Part shown: piece after piece, positions 29,915 through 42,975 of the stretch
Numbering within the stretch: position 1 is the stretch's first letter
How the letters are laid out: each line of letters begins with the position of its first letter
Origin: Geosiphon pyriformis uo1
Lineage: Eukaryota > Fungi > Glomeromycota
DNA length: 64,000 nt
Assembly: GCA_016748015.1 (NCBI GenBank)
Contig: JAAOMT010000226.1
Location: 248,001-312,000, forward strand
Reading direction: 5' to 3'
Notes under the pieces: model-generated
Databases searched by the model: none
What the model was told of the DNA's origin: nothing
Seen by the model: the letters and a program-made list of their open reading frames with translations, nothing else
Translations under genes and position numbers: made by a program

Positions 29915-31179
29915 AAATAGAATTAAATTAATTTTCCAAAACCTGAATTTTCTTTCGAGTGGAAACTTGATTTTGGAAGAGGGAAATCCTCTGGCTAGGA
30001 AAATAGTCAAAAAGCAATTCTAAGCCCGTTAATAAATTTGTAAATTTCTTACTACTTTAAGGTTAGTAAAACTTGTCCTATTTTAATTAAATTTAAAGAG
30101 ACATCGTTCAAAAGGGTATTAATTCGTAATTGAATGTGTTTTCGGAGCTTTTTAAAATGAAAAGGTTTAATAATTTTGGGATGACGATATGACTGGTAAT
30201 AAGAAACTTTTCATTGGCTATTAACTTGATATCAGATAAAGAACTTTGAATTTTTAATAATATCACATGTACTATAAAACTTTTCTCATGATCAGTCAAA
30301 ACAATATCGGATAAATCTTTGATGTATACGTTTAAAGTTCTTTCAGTTAACAACGTTTTATTCCAAATAGCAACTTGATACTATAACTTCCTGTCAAATT
30401 TTGGAAAACTTTCTCACCGCTTTTTTAATTAATTTTAATTAAATGAATTGTTAAAAGATTGGTAAGAGAATAAACTTTTAATCTTGATTATTTGATTTTA
30501 TTATTATTATTATTATTATTATTAGAATTTCACACATTAGGAATTATATATCAGGACTAATATTTTCTTGAACATTTTTTTCCGTCTGCTCATCGAAAGG
30601 TTGTTTGTAATAAAAATACCATAAATTTTGAAGGCACCAATTTAAATGTGAAATTTATACAGCTAGTAGAAGTTTAAATTCCTCTTTCTTATTGTCAGAT
30701 GTGTGATAAACTTGGAATTTTGTAGACTTAGATGTAAATTATTTAATCACTGAAATAATTGAAAATTCGTTTTTGGTCTGTGTTAGATTTCATTTAACCA
30801 ATTTCGAACAAGACTTCGAGATGAATTAAAGTAAGTATACATAGCAATTGCTTCTCTTGACAAAGAGGAATATTCGAACAGACAGCTGCTGTGCGAGAAA
30901 ATCTAAGCATATTCTTGGTTACACAAATCTTCAAAAATAAAGAAGGTACTGGACAAATTATTTCAGGCTGACATGAACAATATGTTTTCAATTAACTCAA
31001 TCTGAAAATATGTAACTGTTGTTCAAGTCAGAAAAAACTCCAAAATAATAAAGTATTTTATCAAAATCCCAATAGTTGCACCAAATCACATGAATAATAT
31101 ATTGTAAGTTCGATAATCAAGTTAGTATGATGTATATTCTCAATTTTGCAATTATAAACTCATATTACTCATTAATTCC

Positions 31180-32616
31180 ATTAAAATAATTAAACACACA
31201 TATATTTTACATTGTTTTTTATTACATTCATTAATGTCATGTTTAAAAAATAAATTATATAATAAGAATCAAGAACAAATAATTTTCCAATGGGTATAAT
31301 TCAATAAATTTTGATAAAAAGCAAAAAATTTTAATTCACAGTATTGTATTTTTACAGGCATCGGAAATAAATTTTAAATCTTTATATAAGTTAAATTTTT
31401 TAATATTTATCCTTAAAATTAAGATAAATATTATTATCATTTATGAATTAAATAAAAAATAATAAAAATAACAGAGTTGAAATAAATTTTTTGATAATTT
31501 TTGTATTTTTTATCAATTTAGCCAGGCTTTAATTTTAAAAAAAATACAGTATTGTTATATAATAATAAAAATGCTAGAATATTAATACTTAAATATTAAA
31601 ACAAAATTTATAATTAAAAATATTTTTTTTATTTATAATATCAATAATAACAAAATATGAAAAGTTGAAATCACTGTTAAAATAAAATAAATTCTTTCAA
31701 ATATTGAGCTTAAATAATTTCAATAGAATTTTTAATATATTAACAAAAGTTGAATAAATAAACTTTTTAAAAAAATAAACAGCATTAAATAATTGATAAT
31801 TTATTTTTATAAATTAAAAACAATTAAAATACAGAATTTTCTTGAAAATTATATATATATATGTATTGTAATGTTATAAGTCGGAATAATATGTTAAGAA
31901 ATAGCAAAAAGTAAGATAACTAAAAACAATATAAATCTAATTTAAGAAAATATTAAAAAAAGATCAAATTAGTTATTTAGATAATTTTATTAATGTAATT
32001 AGTTTCAAAATCACAGTTAAAGATTGAAAAATAATTTGTAATTACTGATAAAAATAATACAGTTGTTATAATTCCAATCTCAATTGGTGCTTTTAAAATT
32101 TAACAATTATTTATTCAATGAATTGCAAAAGCAAGTTACTTATTTCTTAAACTAATTTTAATTACAATTTAAGAAAAGAGGAAGATTAACTTTAAGAAAA
32201 TGTTTAAGATAATTTGAAAACTAGGTAATATTTCTGGCTTTTTTAAATAATTAAAAAACCTGCCTTATTTTTCTTTGCAAATAATTTTTTTGGATAGATT
32301 ATTTCTTTCTAATTCTTCATTTTTAATATTTTAATATTAAAAATTTTACAATTCAAATATAGTTATTATAGTCTTTTTAAAGAAAAAATGGCGAATCTGA
32401 AAAAAATAATTACCTTTGATATATATTTTTGAAGTTAACCTAAAATTGGGTTAGACTTATAAAAATTAGCCTAATCATGTAAATTGAATCAAATCACCCA
32501 CCCAAAAATGTAAAACTCAATTTTTTTTGCAGATAGACAATGATAATTTAAAAGGTTTAAAAACAATTAAAAATAAGATTCTGATAATTCAAATGTATAT
32601 CAGTAACAATATTAAG

Positions 32617-32620
<4 letters not shown>
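31180..32620. mobile_element. AT-rich eroded repeat debris
   Basis: Very low GC and no ORFs. The end at 32441-32535 resembles, inverted, 22668-22766. Confidence 0.35.
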
Positions 32621-32664
<44 letters not shown>

Positions 32665-33193
32665 TATAATAATAATTTTTAGGTCTTTTTAACAAAATAA
32701 AGAATTATGATGTTTACAAATGAGACTCAAAAAGGGTTTGAAATCTGTATGATTAGACCTTCATGACTACCGTCATATTAAAAATCCTTAAGATTTGTTG
32801 AAAAAATAATTTGTAATTACTGTGCACGTGAAAAAAACTTAACAAACAACAGGCAAAAGTTATCACATATAAAGGTTTTTAATTTTTTATCCATCCCAAA
32901 TACTGCAAAAGCTCATGTAATAGACTTCATTTTCACTATTTCCAAAGCAGAATCAAATTTGTGGCTTTTTACATAATTCATACTAATACATGTTTAAAGA
33001 ATGTGAATCTTTGCTAAAAACTAGGTTGAAAAAGTTACTAAATCCAATGTCACAATCTTGGAAATTGATTATCGAGAGTAAAGGCGAAAGAATTAAACTT
33101 TGAATTTTATATCAATAATAACTTTTAGCTTCAGCCTTTCTAATAATATATTCGTGGAATTGTAAATTTCACACACTTTATAGTAATTCCGTC

Positions 33194-34210
33194 TTAGAGA
33201 TTCAGCCATAGAAAGCCCCCAGGTGGACATTGCATCATCACCTCAAAATGAGTACCATTATGCGTAGCATAATTACTGGTTGAGAATTGGTTGTTACATA
33301 GCTGTAAACAAATAAGGATGAAGATGAAGGTGAAGTCGATTCAAATAAATAATCCTTTAAATTTCGGGAAAGGACTTTTAAAAATGTTCACCTGGCTCTC
33401 TTCAATAAAATGATCTGGCCCTAATGCTGGGCCTGCATAAATAAATAACATTCCTGTAGAACATAAAAAATCATCTGATTCAATCCGATATTCCATCATC
33501 GGGTGGGTGTAAAATGATTCAGAAACACTCGGTGGTAGCCTTGGAACATAATCATCCATATTAGTAATCCGGTGAATAAACATCTTATCAGCATGTGAAT
33601 TCACATAATGCGCAAATTGACGATTGCCAACTTGAGGTTGTCCTAAAGTATACACACTTATGGTTTGTTTAAGGTTGAGCACTATTAATTCTAGCATTCC
33701 AAGTAAAACATATACTGAAATGCTCAAAGTAAAATGATTAGTTTTAAATTAAAAAAAACCAAATATATTTCTATTCGGGAAATTCTATAAGCCTCTTACC
33801 ACCACCCGAACCATGTCCAACTCCGATGACATTTTGGATTGCTTCATTTTGAGGTTGATTATCATAAAATTCTTTAAATTTTGGTTTTTGATTTTTGCTC
33901 CATCTATTTGACGATAAGGAACCAATATATTTGGCCTATTTCTCCAGTATTCCTCATTTCCTAATGGTTCCCCTTTTATCGTAATTATCGCGTCACTAAT
34001 AGTAAAAAACCCCGCTGCAACAGAATCGGAACCATTCTGTCACGACAAAATTATTTTGAAAACCGCAGCAACCATTGCGTATTGATCGACATAATCTTGT
34101 ACAAAAAAGTATTTTAAGCTGCTACCGTTACTGGGCTGATTATCGTAACTTACGACATTTTTGAGACTACTCCAGGAAGCAACGAAACAGTTAGATAAAA
34201 TTTTTGTTAT
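33194..34210 (-). pseudogene. Class-3 lipase (Lipase_3) fold gene with GHGSGG nucleophile elbow; 5' end disrupted
   Basis: Exons ~34210-33800, 33714-33392 and 33301-33194 splice in frame: VIGVGHGSGG|VYVLLG...VYTLGQPQVGN...HRITNMDDYVPRLPP...YTHPMMEY...ESQ|LCNN...HNGTHFEVMM. In-frame TGA at 34040-34042 and no usable in-frame ATG. Confidence 0.8.
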
Positions 34211-34268
34211 GGAACGTGAACCACGCCTTTATTCGACAAGATATTTTGAGTATCTTTGTACTCCAGAT

Positions 34269-36085
34269 ATGAAATATGTCCATGACTACTTCAAAAGTCG
34301 GAAAGCATCTACCTGGTGTATTCAAAGTTATATCGAGTATATATGTGAAACCGAGATGGAGCTTGACTTCGTTCAATATTGCAATCTTTTCACTGATAGC
34401 TTGGCTCAACTAAATAAACTTGTGGTTACGCCTAATCCAATCAGAGCTTTCTGTAACAGTTACATTACGTGGCTGAAGGTACAGTATTATTGCAATTTTC
34501 GATTAATACATAAAACCCAAAACTCATACAAAAACTCGAATAATTATAGTCTAATGCGGGAGTAGCAATAGCAGGAACATGTGCCACATTCTTCGAAACA
34601 AAAAAAGCGCATAAGCGATTGGTTATCATTCACAGCACTACTGAGGTGGGTTAGTATGCATGTATGCACACTTGTTTCGAACGGAATACTCACATATTAT
34701 CACCTGCAGGATTTGATATGCCTTAAGGCAGAAACTGATATCTTCCAAGCCCATTTGAAATTAGGGTCTGTTCCGCCTATTCTTCTGCCTGCACCCAAAA
34801 CTCCACCTCAAACTTTCATAGATTTAACGCCATCGAAGTTAACTCCCAATAAGCGACCATATGAAAAGGAAGAACTTCAGCTGTAAATCCCGTTTTTCTA
34901 CCTGCTACGTATCACTTTACAATAAGAGATTCTTAACTTTGCTCTCTTTATATGGTAGATTCATCCAAGATGTCTCTATAGTATGTGCATTTGGGGAGAC
35001 GATTGAGGAGTTGTCATTAAAAATTGGAGAGGAACTTGCTGTGGAGGTGTCCTCAATGCGTGATATTAATCCTGCTGTATGGACACCTGCCTTGGAGAAG
35101 TATCTTGATGCTATCTTCAATGAAACAATGGATAATTTCCAAACTAAAGTTCGGACTAAATTGTCAGGGGATGGAGATGAGCCTTTTAGACTTTATTGTG
35201 AAAAAGTTCTCACTGACTTGTATGTAAACATTAATATTTATTTGTATATTAATATCAAAGAAGATACCAATAATTGCTTTCATTTAGTTACTATCTTATA
35301 GATGTCAATCCTACAATGAGCAGAAAAATAGGAGAACGAAAACACATATTATATCAAGTATCCGCTTTATTTAAATATTACGAAAGAACTTTTCTTAACC
35401 TGGAATTTGATTGGATCGAATCGCAAGCTCGCACTGCAAAAATAATGAAATCATCAACCAATTCTGGAATTGTCCAAGTGGATATTAAGGCAACAAGATC
35501 CTATGATGGATTAGATATTTGGCACATGGAAGTTGCAGGCCCTCCTTATAATGCAAATGAGAAGCATACTTTAGATGACTTAAAGAAAACACTCCGAACC
35601 GATATTCTGAATTTGATTGCAATATTACGGGAGCATCTCGATTGCGAAGTGAAACTTGCAGCGAAGATTAGGGTGTTTAGCACCCAGTCAATAAGTAAGT
35701 GCATGGTATATGGTCTATGTTAAGAGGTTGTATTTTCTAATATTCTATTCCCATCACTTCAGACCATCGACTTACTCTTTATGCTCTCAGCATGCTTCCT
35801 GATGGACATTTTCTTGTAACAGAGCTCGCTACAGCCACAATACCTTTCGGTTTTAATGCCCGGAGCCAATATAAAGCTATCCTCAGAATGATGGCTATCT
35901 TTCATGTATGTGTTTAGATTAGGTACCTGACCATATTTTTATTTCTGGTGATTTATATGGTTGTATCTTTTCTGTAGGATGAAATGATAAAGCAGGAGGC
36001 GTTGATGGAAAAAATTAATCGATCTGTACTTAGAACTAAAGAAACAAAGGTCCGTGATGTGTTAAGGATGCCTGAGTTAGAATAA
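34269..36085 (+). CDS. PD-(D/E)xK (restriction-endonuclease-like) fold protein, 465 aa (exons 34269-34478, 34550-34645, 34710-34882, 34959-35219, 35288-35694, 35763-35905, 35978-36085)
   Basis: Seven exons join without a stop (1398 nt) through six GT-AG introns. C-terminal pattern GERKHI...DWIES...VQVDIKA...WHMEVAGPP...HTLDDLKK...KIRVFSTQ...RLTLYAL...ELATATIPF. An alternative in-frame ATG lies at 34209. The fold call is motif-based. Confidence 0.8.
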
Positions 36086-36645
36086 ATGTCATTTATTTTG
36101 TAATTTTTTACGAGTCAGTTTCTCACTAAGTAATAATCAATTTATTTTATAAAATTGTCATTAATTGCTCTTCTAACTCTTTTTTCTCATTTTCTATTCA
36201 TGAATGTTGCTTATCTAATATTTTTAAATATTGAGTTTCTATTTGCTATAGCTATTCAATTTTTTTTTCTTTTCAATAAGCCACTTTGATGATTAGAAAA
36301 TATTTGGCCTGCTATTTTTTATTGAATTGAGATAAGCTTCGAAAAAGTTTGGTTTACTTATATATGTAATATAAATAACAAAAACCGAAAGTATAATTAA
36401 AAAATAGATTAAGATTTATTATTTTAAAACACAACTTTTAAAATTTTCAAAAAAAAGGCTTATCTGTCTTAATTGAATCATTCAGGTAAAGTTCTGTGGA
36501 CAGTGGAACCAGCGTCTTGCTGGGACTATTAATTGTATAAAAGCACATAATGTCCTTTGCTACAGGATAACAAATTAAAAAGTTAATACTACCGAAATAT
36601 AATGGATCGAGCTTGCTAAAATTGGCTATGAGATCTTTGGCAGTT

Positions 36646-37376
36646 TCAAGATTGTTCGTGCAGCCCTCTCTTCATTTTTTTCACTAGTACATCTTTAACA
36701 TATCCAAGAAGATCAGGTCTATTTTGTATTGTCACTGGAGTACTTTTTGAGACCCTTAGAAAACAAAGTATAAAATTATTGTTAGACATGGAAACAAAAA
36801 CTAATAAACACTAAGAACAGCACACAAAATGAGAACATACTTCTCAGTTCTGTTACGGGAAAATTTGATTCGAAAATCAGAGCTACTGCGAAGTAATTCT
36901 AAAGGACGTGTGGTTAATATATCCACGGAACCAGCCAGCTCTATTTCGAATTCAATTTTGGTAAACCTCGTCTCAGAGAGGGCAGCCTTAATCACAAATG
37001 CTAATTCACTCGCCCTATCTATTTCATCATAATAGATACAATCATCAAGTTCTCGAAACTGGCATTTGTCAAAATAAGATATTATTGTTAATTATGAATA
37101 GATTAAGAACAGCTAATATGAAAATCAAGGTCATACTTTTCCTAAGTCCGAATATAAAATCACGGGAAGCTTTGCAAGAAGAGACATTAATGAGATCCAG
37201 CAATTGAATGAGGTTTTTACATAGAAATCTTTGTCTTTGGGCTCTATTGTTGAAATTGTTAAAAACCGAGTTTTGGGTTTTATGTATTAATCGAAAATTG
37301 CAATAATACTGTATCTTCAGCCACGTAAGAGAAAGCTCTGATTGGATTAAGCGTAATCACAAGTTGATTTAGTTGA
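36646..37376 (-). pseudogene. Chimeric spliced gene relic with a 5' part derived from the neighbouring nuclease gene
   Basis: Exons 37243-37137, 37058-36841 and 36754-36646 splice in frame (EPKDKDFYVK...DLGK|FRELDDCIYY...NRTEK|VSKSTPV...EQS*). 37268-37376 is an inverted copy of 34406-34525 with the donor changed GT->AT. Confidence 0.55.
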
Positions 37377-37489
37377 ATCTTGAAAATATGATGTTAAACT
37401 TAATAAGTAGTAAGTAGCACAATGCAAAAAAAGACAAATTAAGAAATCAAATCTGGATTTAGTTGGACCATATAATACCAACTATTATC

Positions 37490-38010
37490 AGTCTCCACCA
37501 ATCTGCTATCTGAGAACTACACAAAACTTGGTGGCTTATCTTTACAAGTAGAAAGTTCATTACTTGAAGATAAGTGAAATCTTTCTACTTGCACTTCTGC
37601 TGACTGATCACCTGGGGGTAAACCAGTAAACAGGATTGTGTTGAAAAGATCACTGTTTAAAAACAAGCATGACATCTTTTCTTCACACTTTCTGGCAATA
37701 TTCACCATCTGAAGACTGCATAGAAAATAGTAATAAAAAAAAAAGTGGAAAAATCTTCACCAGTCTACTGTTTGAAGACTACACAAAACTTGGTGGCTTA
37801 TCTTTACAAGTAGAAAGTTCACCACCTGAAAGTAAATGAGGTTTTTTTACTTGCACTTCTGCCAACTGATTACTTGAAAGTAAACCAATAAACAGGTTTG
37901 TGTTGAAAAGATCATTGGTTAAAGACAAACATAACATCTTTTTTTCATATTTTCAGACATTATCTACTGTTTGAAAACTGCATGGACAATGTGAGTAAAA
38001 AAAAAAAAGA
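37490..38010. repeat. Tandem duplication, ~262-bp unit x2
   Basis: CTACACAAAACTTGGTGGCTTATCTTTACAAGTAGAAAGTTCA at 37517 and 37779. Confidence 0.9.
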
Positions 38011-39349
38011 GAAAAAAATAGCAGACCAAATATTTTCTAATTATCAAAGTGGCTTATTGAAAAGAAAAAAAATAGAATAGTTTTAACAAAAATAAAAACT
38101 TGATATTTAAAAATATTAGATATCAGATTAATATCACACATAAAGAACACCTCTACAGCAAGTTTTTTTCCAATTTTTGAAGACAACTCCTTAATTATCT
38201 TTCCAAATGCACATACTATAAAGACATCTTGGATGAATTTATCATATAAAAAGAGAAAAATTAAGAATCTCTTATTGTAAAGTAATATATAGCAAATAGA
38301 AAAATAGGACTTACAGCTAAAGTTCTTTTTTTTTATATGGTTGATTATTAAGAGTGAACTTCAATAGCATTAAATCTATAAAAATTTGAGATTAGATAAG
38401 TGACAAAAGCTAAAAATAAAATAAATTAATTTTTTAAACTGCTATCTCATAAGACTTATTAGTATAACCAAAATAATAGGATTCCTTTTTGTTGTTCATA
38501 GTTGACATAGAAAAAAACAATAGCTGGCACAGCAAATAAGCAAGGCCAAAACAAAGATACACATATAATTTTTTTTTTGTAAAATTGCTAATCATTGTTA
38601 TTTGATATTATAATAGCAATTTGATTAGTAGTCTTATAAAAAAAAGTTAATATGTTATTTAAATGAGTGTCTTATTTTTTTATTTCTGCCAGCAACTGTT
38701 TTTTCTATGTTGTTTAACTTTTTATTTCATGTTTTTTTCACTATTAGAATTACTGTATATTCCAGACTCTTATAAAAAAAAATTAAGCAAACAATGGACA
38801 TGTCAAGTAATAAGTAAAACAAACCAACTCTCTTAAAGCAGAATATGCAAAAGAAGTTACAATAATATGCCAAGAAAACAAAGATTGTGATTTTTTATAA
38901 TTCAGTTAAAATAAGTTAAATTATATAGTTAGTATTTTTTAGCAAGTTTAAAATACATTATATATATTATTCAACAGTTGAACTTGAAGTATAAGAGCAA
39001 TTATTCATCTTTCAAGGCAAAGTCTAAGAGCTAATTGAACTTTTCCTTGCAAAGTTTTATTTTATATATTTTACCTTCAAAAATGGATTACCAAATTATT
39101 ATTGTTCTTTAGTAAGGATAAAAAGATCTGATACACTTTTTAAAATCTCTGAGCTATCTATAGGATGAAAAATTTTTTGCATATATTTTTATTTTTTTTA
39201 AAATCTATAATTTTTTAAAATATATTACCCCTTTAAAATCTACATATTTTCATATTTATTATATATTTTTTTCTTAACATAAAACACAAGTGAAGACTTG
39301 CAAACTTACAAAAAAAAAATTCGTGATTATATTCAGTCATGTTGGGTTT

Positions 39350-40550
39350 ATGAGGATTTTAATCCTAATGATCTTAAATCAGCTTATATATTGCAACAAT
39401 TTATGCTGTTTAATTCAAGATCTACATTCATCGAAAAACTTTTAGAAGATAAATTTCAAAAACATTACTGAAATAATTTTAACCAATTTAATTTCCAATG
39501 ACAATAAAAAATTCTTGGTACTCACTCAATATTTAGAGTTGTTAAAGTGTAAGATTTTTTATGTTAAATATTTTTTAGACCAAATTTTTTCAGAACTGTA
39601 GGAAAAGTTTGGAGAGTGGGTAGGTTTTGAAGAATAAATAGGTTTTGAAAAGACTAAAAAATTTTGACACTATTGTTATCACCTATAAAAAAAACAAAGC
39701 ACACATATAAACTACATATAGAAGCCCAAAAAAATTCTATAAAATTTTATAATATTCTAAATGTGTTCTTATGCCATTCAAATAATAATTTTTTTATAGT
39801 AAATAAAACAATTAAGAAGGTTATAGATGACATTTATTTAGATAGTTACAAATATGTTTCTAAACTTAGCTGTTTTAAAAATATAATTGGTAAAATGATA
39901 ATAGATTTCTTTAATTTTACAACCATCTGGCTGTAAAGACTGCACAAGTAATAATAGATTAATATTATAAACAAATCTTAGTAAATTTTTTTATTAATCT
40001 AACCAATTCATCAAGGATTTAATAGAACATTTTAGTTGTTTTGCCAATAATAACAATATATTATATGTCATTTCAAATACTGCTTTTACATATTTTTAGG
40101 AGCATTGTAAGTGTGTTCAATATTTAATCTAAGAATTTTAGCTATTTTTCAATACAGTAAATGATTATCTTAAAAATGCATATTCGGTATTATATATTAA
40201 AATAAAAAAACTCAACTTAGGTTCTAACACTCCTAAATCTTTTGGAGTCTTCTCTACCTATAGTATTAATTTTAATAGCATCTGTTAATTTCATCGAGAT
40301 CTAAAAGATTATCATAATACACTTTGTATTATCTACTTTTTCAAAATGTTTGAGGGTAAATATTTAGCATTTTCTGAACTAAAATTGACAGTTATGATGA
40401 AACAAAAACAGGCAATTGCTTTTCAGTTGCATTGTTTAGTTCATGGAAACTTTCCAATAATGACTAGTTCAAAGCATAGTGTTTTTTTTTATATTTATAA
40501 CACTATTATAAAACAAAATTGAAATTTGGCTCTCTTTTCAATGATAGAAA
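39350..40550 (+). pseudogene. TET/JBP-family 2OG-Fe(II) dioxygenase pseudogene
   Basis: One frame reads PKSFGVFSTYSINFNSIC*FHRDLKDYHNTLCII...FEGKYLAFSELKLTV...AIAFQLHCLVHGNFPIMTSSKHSVFFYI. HxD at 40292-40300, distal His at 40442, and the 2OG-binding Arg position is Lys (AAG, 40472). Several TAA/TAG stops and an upstream frameshift. Confidence 0.75.
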
Positions 40551-41399
40551 TTTAGATATATCAAAGATTCTAGATAATACTTACTTAATTATAGATAATG
40601 TTAAAAAACACAACAAAAAACCACAAAAATATTCTTCCCAAGTTAGATTCTTAAAAATCTACAATAAAATTAAAAAACTATAGGTAAAGTTATCTTGGTA
40701 AGTATAATAAATTAATTCATTAAAATCTTATAATAAAATACATTAAAGATCTGGAACTGGTAAAGCAAAGATTATTAGTGCAATATAGGAAATATTGTTT
40801 TTATAATAAAAAATTATTGCTGTGTAAACTTAAAATAACTATATAAATGCACTTTAATCTAAAATTTAAATCAATTACTGTATCTAAAAAAATCAATTAA
40901 CTATACTTCAAATATCTAAAACCAAATATGTAAATTTTTTCAAGTTTTTAAATCTTAATTGTTCTAAAACAAATCTGTATTTTTAAATAATATTAAGATT
41001 AATTATCTTTTCTTTTTATTTTTAACAAACTTTAAGTCCATATTTTTGATTAATTTGTTTTTTTTTTTTCTATTTTTAGCTTGCTATTGATATTACAATT
41101 TTTAAACTGGTAAACTTATTATTTTCAAAATTTTTTTAAAACCTAAGATACTATTTTTTAAATAAAAAACTCTTATACACTTCATTATTAATTTGTATAT
41201 TAAATATATATATAAAACTTTTTTAATTTGTGCTTTAAAAAAATAAATTTTGCCTTTGATCTTTATACTGTATGTAAATTAATAGGTTAATTGATAATGC
41301 TAATTAATTGTAAATTTATAATGTTGCTTTGGTTTTATGTTTTTGAATTAACTTGATGTATTTAAGTAATAGTAATTAAGCTTTTATTTACAGATCTGT

Positions 41400-42281
41400 T
41401 AGAACTATTTGTTTAAGCAAAAAGACAATAGAAAATTTATTTAATGTTTTTGAGTACTAAAACAACTTAGATTATTTATAATTAAACAACAATAGTTCAA
41501 GGAAAAGAAAATATGAAAGAAAAAACGGATTATTGTGATTTACATTTGGGAAATACTTTACAACATAATCGAAATTAGGTAGAAGGAAATATTAAAAGAG
41601 AATACCTTTATAAAGTTCAATATAAACATATTTGCACAGATTTGATAGTATTATTTACAATTATAATATTTTTTTTGGTCAAACTTGCAATAGCAATTTT
41701 ACTACTTTTAAAAGCAATGTCATTTGAATGATTTCTTAAATGTGATGCCCTTTACAAAATCTTAAACAAAATTAAAATTTCTTATTTTGATAACTTTTTC
41801 ATAAGCCAAATGCTATAAAATTAATATTCAAAGCAAAAAATTTCTAACACTAACATTGAGTAAGTTCTTTTGAATAAGAAACAGCAATAAGAATATAGCT
41901 ATTTACAAAATTCTAATTTTTTTTCTCTAAGTTTTGCATCTTGATTAATAAAATTCTTTTTCCAAATTATTTTCCTAAGTTTTCGACAAGTTTTTCGAAC
42001 TTTTTACTTTTGCCAGTTGTGTCAACATGTTAGCTATGGTTTGCTTTTCCAAACTGCTTTTTTTAATACACTTTATTAAACATTGCTTTGCTGTCCAATG
42101 TTGCAATTTTTTTCTTGTTATTACCAGAATTTTGAGTATTTTTAGCATTCTTTGGCTTTCTATACTTATTTAAGTTATTCAATAAAACGGGTTTTTTGCT
42201 ATTTTTTGCCGTTTTTTCACTACTACTGCTACTAACATAAAGTTCTTGAACAAAAAAGTCAAAAATATTTAACTTGAACAA
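41400..42281 (-). pseudogene. Decayed ORF of unknown type, convergent with the TET/JBP relic
   Basis: Coding-like Lys-rich ORF at 42063-42281 that continues through stops and frameshifts. No motif recognised. Confidence 0.3.
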
Positions 42282-42975
42282 TGTTGAGAAACAAAATTAA
42301 CGGTTTACTTAAAAAATTAGAGAACTTTAACCAAGAGTGTAAACTTTAGTGACTTCTTGGGTTTTGGTAATTCAGGAATTAATAAAAAAAGAAGTGATAT
42401 TTTTAATAATTTATATAAATTTAAAAATTAATGGTTTGATTTATTATAACAACCAAATGTATTCCAAGTTCAATTAAACGTTAAAATTATTGCTAGAAAG
42501 ACCGTTAAATCAGTTCTTTAATTTTAGTTTCTTTGAATGTATTTTAAAACTTAATCTTAAAAAACAATTAATATTTAGTATTCATTTTTTGCTTTTTAAA
42601 CTCATCTTTTTTAAGGTTGGCAAAAAACCTAATGGTTAGCCAAAATAATATTTAAAGATGAATTATTATTTACATCTTTATAAAATCAGAAAGATGATTA
42701 AAAATTCTAATATAAATTTTTCCAGGATCATATAGTCATAACTGATTATTCTGAAAAATTTAGAATTGAATCCAAATTTTCAGAAACAAATACATTTACT
42801 TGTTATTGGCCTGACAGTTTATTTATTATTTGTAATTATCTTATAATATTATTTAGAAATATCATCCAAAATTTCTCAAATGTGAAGCAGTTTTCCAAAA
42901 TAACATAGAAGTAAAGTTTCAAATGTACAGTTTCATTTATTTTAAAGCTTAGAATGTTTTAAGATTTTTAATATA

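Noticed and set aside
30700-30991. Exon-like pieces downstream of the GPCR
   Set aside because: Would need an implausible ~35-nt intron and has no start.
33994-34020. CACTAATAGTAAAAAA as a CACTA terminal repeat
   Set aside because: It is in-frame lipase coding sequence on the minus strand (GFFTISDA), and no matching TAGTG end was found.
37418-37440. CACAATG Transib-like terminus at the start of the eroded TET-containing block
   Set aside because: No convincing inverted partner. The other CACAATG (43328) is Tc1 transposase coding sequence.
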